64,000 bases of DNA from an uncultured Candidatus Saccharibacteria bacterium. Lineage in GTDB: Bacteria; Patescibacteriota; Dojkabacteria; J137. Below, in pieces: positions 60,219 to 64,000 of the stretch; position 1 is the first letter of the stretch; the number at the start of each line of letters is the position of its first letter. The position numbers and the translations under genes are program-made. The DNA lies in NCBI GenBank assembly GCA_964607415.1, contig CAZSKK010000002.1:224585-288584 (forward strand). Reading direction: 5' to 3'. The notes under the pieces were generated by a model. The model saw only the letters and a program-made list of their open reading frames with translations, was not told the origin of the DNA and searched no databases.

Positions 60219-61171
60219 CCTTTTTTCCTCACAAACTCCTTGAACTCTTTTTTCAACTCCTCCAACTGATCAAAATTGTATGCTGAAGAAATAACTATAT
60301 TTTTATTAAACTTCTTTAAAGCAGCAACAGCTTTTTTAATTTCTTTTTCTGAAACCAAATCTGATTTTGTTAAAACAATAATTTCAGGTTTTTCGTATAA
60401 ATCTTCACTTATATTCTTAAGCTCTTCTCGAATAAGTTTGTAGGTTTTTACAATATCTTCAGACTCTAAACTAACAAAATGTGCCACTGCTTTGGATCTA
60501 ACAGTATGTCGTACAAATTTTGTTCCCAATCCTCTACCTTCGTACGTACCTTCTATAAGCCCTGGTAAATCCATCAAAATTAAATCATCCATTCTTCCAA
60601 GTTGCGGGTTTATTGTTGTAAATTCGTATGGTGCAACTTTTGCGTCAGCATTTGTAAGCTCTTTTAAAACTGAAGATTTGCCAGCGTTAGGAAAACCAAT
60701 AAATATAATGTCACTGATTAGTTCAAGCTCAAGTGTTGCAAACAAAATCTCACCGTCTTGCCCAGGCTGATGTTTATCTAACGTTGCAACTCCACCTTTT
60801 CGATAATAAAAATTACCGTGGCCTCCAAGCCCACCTTTTAGTAAAAGCTTTTTTTCACCATCTTTTTCTATACATTCAACAAACTGACCATTTTCATCAT
60901 AAATACAAGTTGCTAATGGAACTTTTAAAATCAAATCTTCGCCATTTTTACCAGTTTGATTATTTTTAGATCCTCTTTCGCCATTCTCTGCTTTGTAGTG
61001 CAAATTCATTTTAAAAGGAGTTAGATCGTATACGTGTGAAGAACCAACAAGGTAAACGTTTCCGCCGTTTCCTCCTGTTCCTCCACTAGGCCTTTTTGTA
61101 ATATCAAAATTAACAGAACCACTACCCCCTTTTCCAGAGGTAATTTTAATTTTCACTAAATCTTTAAACAT
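60215..61171 (-). CDS. obg: GTPase Obg/CgtA
   Basis: Gly-rich Obg fold, GFPNAGKS, YEFTT, DLPG, TKSD. Confidence 0.96.
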   Translation of the reverse strand: MFKDLVKIKITSGKGGSGSVNFDITKRPSGGTGGNGGNVYLVGSSHVYDLTPFKMNLHYKAENGERGSKNNQTGKNGEDLILKVPLATCIYDENGQFVECIEKDGEKKLLLKGGLGGHGNFYYRKGGVATLDKHQPGQDGEILFATLELELISDIIFIGFPNAGKSSVLKELTNADAKVAPYEFTTINPQLGRMDDLILMDLPGLIEGTYEGRGLGTKFVRHTVRSKAVAHFVSLESEDIVKTYKLIREELKNISEDLYEKPEIIVLTKSDLVSEKEIKKAVAALKKFNKNIVISSAYNFDQLEELKKEFKEFVRKKG

Positions 61172-61347
61172 TATCGATTGTTTGAACTCAATAAAATAGT
61201 AATTCCAAGTCCTATTGAAAGAAAGGAACCGAAGCCTATTATAACGCTTTGCATCAAAATACCCAAGACTAATCCTGCCAAAAGGCCTATTCCTAAACCT
61301 AAAGCAATGGTTGGGTTATTTTTAAAAATATTTCTTAAGTTATTCAT
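61171..61347 (-). CDS. Small glycine-zipper membrane protein (58 aa, not in ORF track)
   Basis: MNNLRNIFKNNPTIALGLGIGLLAGLVLG...; overlaps both the truB stop and the obg ATG. Confidence 0.7.
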   Translation of the reverse strand: MNNLRNIFKNNPTIALGLGIGLLAGLVLGILMQSVIIGFGSFLSIGLGITILLSSNNR

Positions 61348-62110
61348 CTAGTTTAATTGAATCTTCTAATTTAAATTCTCCCACTTTTGTACGTAAGATT
61401 GCAAGCGTTATTGCTTTATTATCGAGTTTTTTACCGATGTCATTAACCAAGGCTCTTATATACGTTCCACTAGAAACATTAGCTTTAAATCTAAAAATTT
61501 TAAAGTTGGCTTCTTTTGATTTTTCAAAAAATTTTTCCCAGTCTTCTATAATTTCTTCTTGCCTAAAATCACCAGTAACGTTTTGAATTCGATTAATAAT
61601 TTGTTCTTTTAACTCAAATTTTGAAATTTCAAATTCTTTAACAAACTCAATTTTGTGAACTTTAACAAACCTTTTAGGAACAGTTATATTGGAAATTTGG
61701 TTACTTTTTGCCCACCAGTAAAGTGGCCTGCCATTAACTAATGTTGATGAATAAATAGGTAGGGTTTGAAGAATTTCGCCCTCAAAGCTTATTACGATCT
61801 GCTCAATCTCTTTTTTAGAAACGATTTTAGATTTCTCGCCGAATTCAATTTCACCAAGCACATCAAATGTATCACTCTTTACACCGAACATCAGATCAAA
61901 CTCATACTCTTTATCAAGTTCTTGATAGTGGTCTCTATTTTTGCACTCCTCATCTACAAGAATTAATAAAACTCCTTCAGCCATAGGGTCTAGCCTTCCC
62001 GCATACGCAAGCTTTGAATCTTTATATTCTGGAAATTTCTTTTTAAAAAGATTCAAAGCTTCTAATGGCGTTTTGGATATTGGTTTGTAGATATTCACTA
62101 CTTTGTCCAT
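61340..62110 (-). CDS. truB: tRNA pseudouridine(55) synthase TruB
   Basis: YAGRLDPMAEGVL, KEY, P.YS, VSSGTYIRAL, RT.VG.F. Confidence 0.9.
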   Translation of the reverse strand: MDKVVNIYKPISKTPLEALNLFKKKFPEYKDSKLAYAGRLDPMAEGVLLILVDEECKNRDHYQELDKEYEFDLMFGVKSDTFDVLGEIEFGEKSKIVSKKEIEQIVISFEGEILQTLPIYSSTLVNGRPLYWWAKSNQISNITVPKRFVKVHKIEFVKEFEISKFELKEQIINRIQNVTGDFRQEEIIEDWEKFFEKSKEANFKIFRFKANVSSGTYIRALVNDIGKKLDNKAITLAILRTKVGEFKLEDSIKLDE

Positions 62111-62131
62111 AGGTTTATTATAGCGCAAAAA

Positions 62132-62191
62132 CCCCTCTTCTATTCTCCCCTTTAATCAAAGGGGAGATGTCGAACGTAGTGAGACAGAGGG
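62132..62191. repeat. REP-like palindrome (TCTCCCC...GGGGAGA family)
   Basis: cccctct..tctccccttt-aatc-aaaggggaga-tgtc..gacagaggg. Confidence 0.75.
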
Positions 62192-62192
62192 A

Positions 62193-62930
62193 TTAGTTAA
62201 AAGGTACATGCCTAGTAAGAGACAAAGGCGTTGTTCCATGCATAAAATTATCTTTAATCTCCAAAAGCTCTTTGTAATCAATATCAATAAACTTTGAAAA
62301 GAATTTGTAAATATTATCCAAATCTTTTTGTAGTTTTTCTGATGCAAATGGGTTTTTGAAATCTAACATTTGTGGAAAATCAATTGCATAGGCAGAATTC
62401 TCCCACCAAAGGATATTGTATTCAGAAAAATCTCCGTGCACGTAGCCAAGTTTTGTAAGAGCACGTAAAAATTCAAGTGTGTCTAGATAAGCTTTTTTAA
62501 GCTGACTTTTTGATAGGTTTAAATCTACAAGTCTTAAAGCTGGAGCACTTTCTTCTCCTAAAAACTCCATTAAAATTGCATCTTCAATAAAGTCATAAAC
62601 TTTGGGAACTTGAAGATTATATTCATTTAGTTTTTTTAAAATAGAGTACTCTCTATAAGTCCAAAAACTCCGGGTAAACATTTTGCCTTTACGTGTTTTC
62701 TTACGCATTGCCCTTGTAGTAGGTGTATCTTTCATTACATTAAGATCCAGATATTCAAACCTTGATGAATACTTTTGATTTACTTTATAGATTTTTAAGG
62801 CGAGCAACAATGAATCCATTTTTACTAAATGGACTTCTGCTTCTTTTCCTGTTTTTAATTGTCTTATATATTCAAGGTTGTAATTTTTTTCTTTGAACTG
62901 ATTTAGAACCAACGATAAGTTGTTTAGCAT
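62193..62930 (-). CDS. RIO1-family Ser/Thr kinase
   Basis: KTGKEAEV, ALKIYK, E..L, VHGDFSEYNIL, IDFPQ. Confidence 0.92.
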   Translation of the reverse strand: MLNNLSLVLNQFKEKNYNLEYIRQLKTGKEAEVHLVKMDSLLLALKIYKVNQKYSSRFEYLDLNVMKDTPTTRAMRKKTRKGKMFTRSFWTYREYSILKKLNEYNLQVPKVYDFIEDAILMEFLGEESAPALRLVDLNLSKSQLKKAYLDTLEFLRALTKLGYVHGDFSEYNILWWENSAYAIDFPQMLDFKNPFASEKLQKDLDNIYKFFSKFIDIDYKELLEIKDNFMHGTTPLSLTRHVPFN

Positions 62931-62968
62931 AGGCGTGAAAATTTAGAATTATAAGTAAAAATATGACT

Positions 62969-63102
62969 CTTTCCCCTCTTGGGAGCGAGAATACATATTA
63001 TGCATTCGAGTGCAGCTTAATACATTTATGCTTTTTAAGGGTAGTGGCATACAAAACTAAATTTCAGCCACCCTCCTTAATTCTCCCTCAAGGGAGGAGA
63101 AA
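62969..63102. repeat. REP doublet interrupted by hairpin element copy 4 (62987-63036)
   Basis: ttcccctcttgggagc[GAGAATACATATTATGCATTC...]aagggtagtggc ... gccaccctcctta..ctccctcaagggag. Confidence 0.75.
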
Positions 63103-63368
63103 ATTACCAAGAACTAGAAATTGATAGAAAATATTAAGAGGTTCAAACTAGAAGTTTCTAATTACCACCTCGATTTGTGTTGAGTTTTGTTCTGTCATAA
63201 TACAAAGTGGTAAAAAGTAAAGATAGATAATATTAGCAGAATTATGATTCAAGATTCAAGAATAATTTTCAATTCTCAAGTATCAATTTCCAGTAAAGAT
63301 TTTGTGAAAATTGATAATTTCTGCTGGAGTGATAGAATATATTTAGTACTATTTTTTAACCTAGCAAT

Positions 63369-63761
63369 ATGTCTGCAACATTAACTGCACCGTACAAAGA
63401 TTTAGGCCCAAATGGTGATTATCCAATAGAAGCAAACTATGGTATTAGAATCTACGATAATAAGGGAGAAATTATTCCAGGAATAGGCGAAACAAAAGCA
63501 ACATTAAAAGGTGGCTTAAGAACAAATCATATAGGAATTGTACCTTTGCTTGATGGAAATAAAGAAAACATAGGTAATGCAGAAGTTATTAAGATTATTA
63601 TTGCAAAGCCCGAGAATATGGAATTAAAAGATATAAATGCGTGTGGTTTTCAAAGCATTGATGAAGCAATAGCTTATGTTTCTACAGAGCATAAAGAAGA
63701 ATTTGACCGTGATGGAGTAATGACGGTTTATTATTTTAAAGTAATAGAAAAGAATAAGTGA
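63369..63761 (+). CDS. ASCH/PUA-like domain protein
   Basis: G.TKATL, ...D..ACGF.S.DE..., TVYYF pattern. Confidence 0.6.
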   Translation: MSATLTAPYKDLGPNGDYPIEANYGIRIYDNKGEIIPGIGETKATLKGGLRTNHIGIVPLLDGNKENIGNAEVIKIIIAKPENMELKDINACGFQSIDEAIAYVSTEHKEEFDRDGVMTVYYFKVIEKNK

Positions 63762-63768
63762 ATATAAA

Positions 63769-64000
63769 GTGGAAAATGACAGAACAGAAAATTTGAAAAA
63801 TATAGTTCCAAAGTCTCATCCAATCTTCAAAAAATTACTAAGTCTGAAACTAAATCCTGCAGATTACATTGTTTTCGGCTCCACGCCAATGTGGCTTTAT
63901 GGGCTTAAAGATTTATTTAGTGATATTGATATTTTGGCTAGAGGTGAAGCTTGGGCAAAAGCTACTCGATTAGGAAAAGTTGAAATTCCTGCATCTGGTG
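63769..64000 (+). CDS. Nucleotidyltransferase-like protein, 5' part (runs off the window)
   Basis: Manual translation ...YIVFGSTPMWLYGLKDLFSDIDIL (GS...DxD). Confidence 0.65.
   Translation, partial: MENDRTENLKNIVPKSHPIFKKLLSLKLNPADYIVFGSTPMWLYGLKDLFSDIDILARGEAWAKATRLGKVEIPASG

Noticed and set aside
404-62347. Many antisense or overlapping ORFs in the track (e.g. 404-688, 8953-9351, 12764-13060, 27236-27586, 46706-47098)
   Set aside because: Shadow frames of well-supported genes; no motifs
62156-62347. 63-aa ORF ending PSVSLRSTSPL
   Set aside because: Alternative frame of the RIO gene reading into a REP palindrome
21572-63036. CRISPR array or integron attC reading of the 4-copy hairpin
   Set aside because: Copies are kb apart, no spacers or cas/intI genes, and no RYYYAAC...GTTRRRY ends
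1-64000. Stop-codon reassignment (code 25) as in some CPR lineages
   Set aside because: Conserved genes are full length under code 11 and several end in TGA

Overview
AT-rich bacterial chromosomal window using genetic code 11. Gene content and style (very short or absent 5' leaders, PilN/PilO, FemABX, ComM, archaeal-type TyrRS, RIO kinase, many ORFans) point to a CPR/Patescibacteria genome, possibly Dojkabacteria/WS6; this is an inference. The backbone is housekeeping: argS, murE, adk, dnaJ, ftsK, dnaA, yidD, eno, pyk, dnaN, dut, holA, apbE, sod, tsaD, comM, rsmI, tatD, rpsT, tyrS, pyrD, rlmN, obg, truB and a tRNA-Arg(GCG). A probable oriC lies between pyk and dnaN. The most unusual signal is non-coding. 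Many intergenic gaps hold degenerate 7-9 nt tandem repeats arranged as inverted arms. The same architecture flanks one intact and one decayed four-helix-bundle (23S-IVP-like) gene. The repeats also sit in frame inside tsaD and a methyltransferase, and inside a Tyr T-box riboswitch. Several REP-like palindrome families are nested with them, including a ~67 bp hairpin in 4 copies that sits inside other palindromes, and a RAYT-type Y1 transposase carries its own internal palindrome. Other points: an archaeal/eukaryal-type TyrRS under a bacterial T-box, three apparent pseudoenzymes, six leaderless promoters with identical spacing, a pyrD with no canonical start codon, and small gene remnants. All calls are by-eye motif recognition; no database searches were run.
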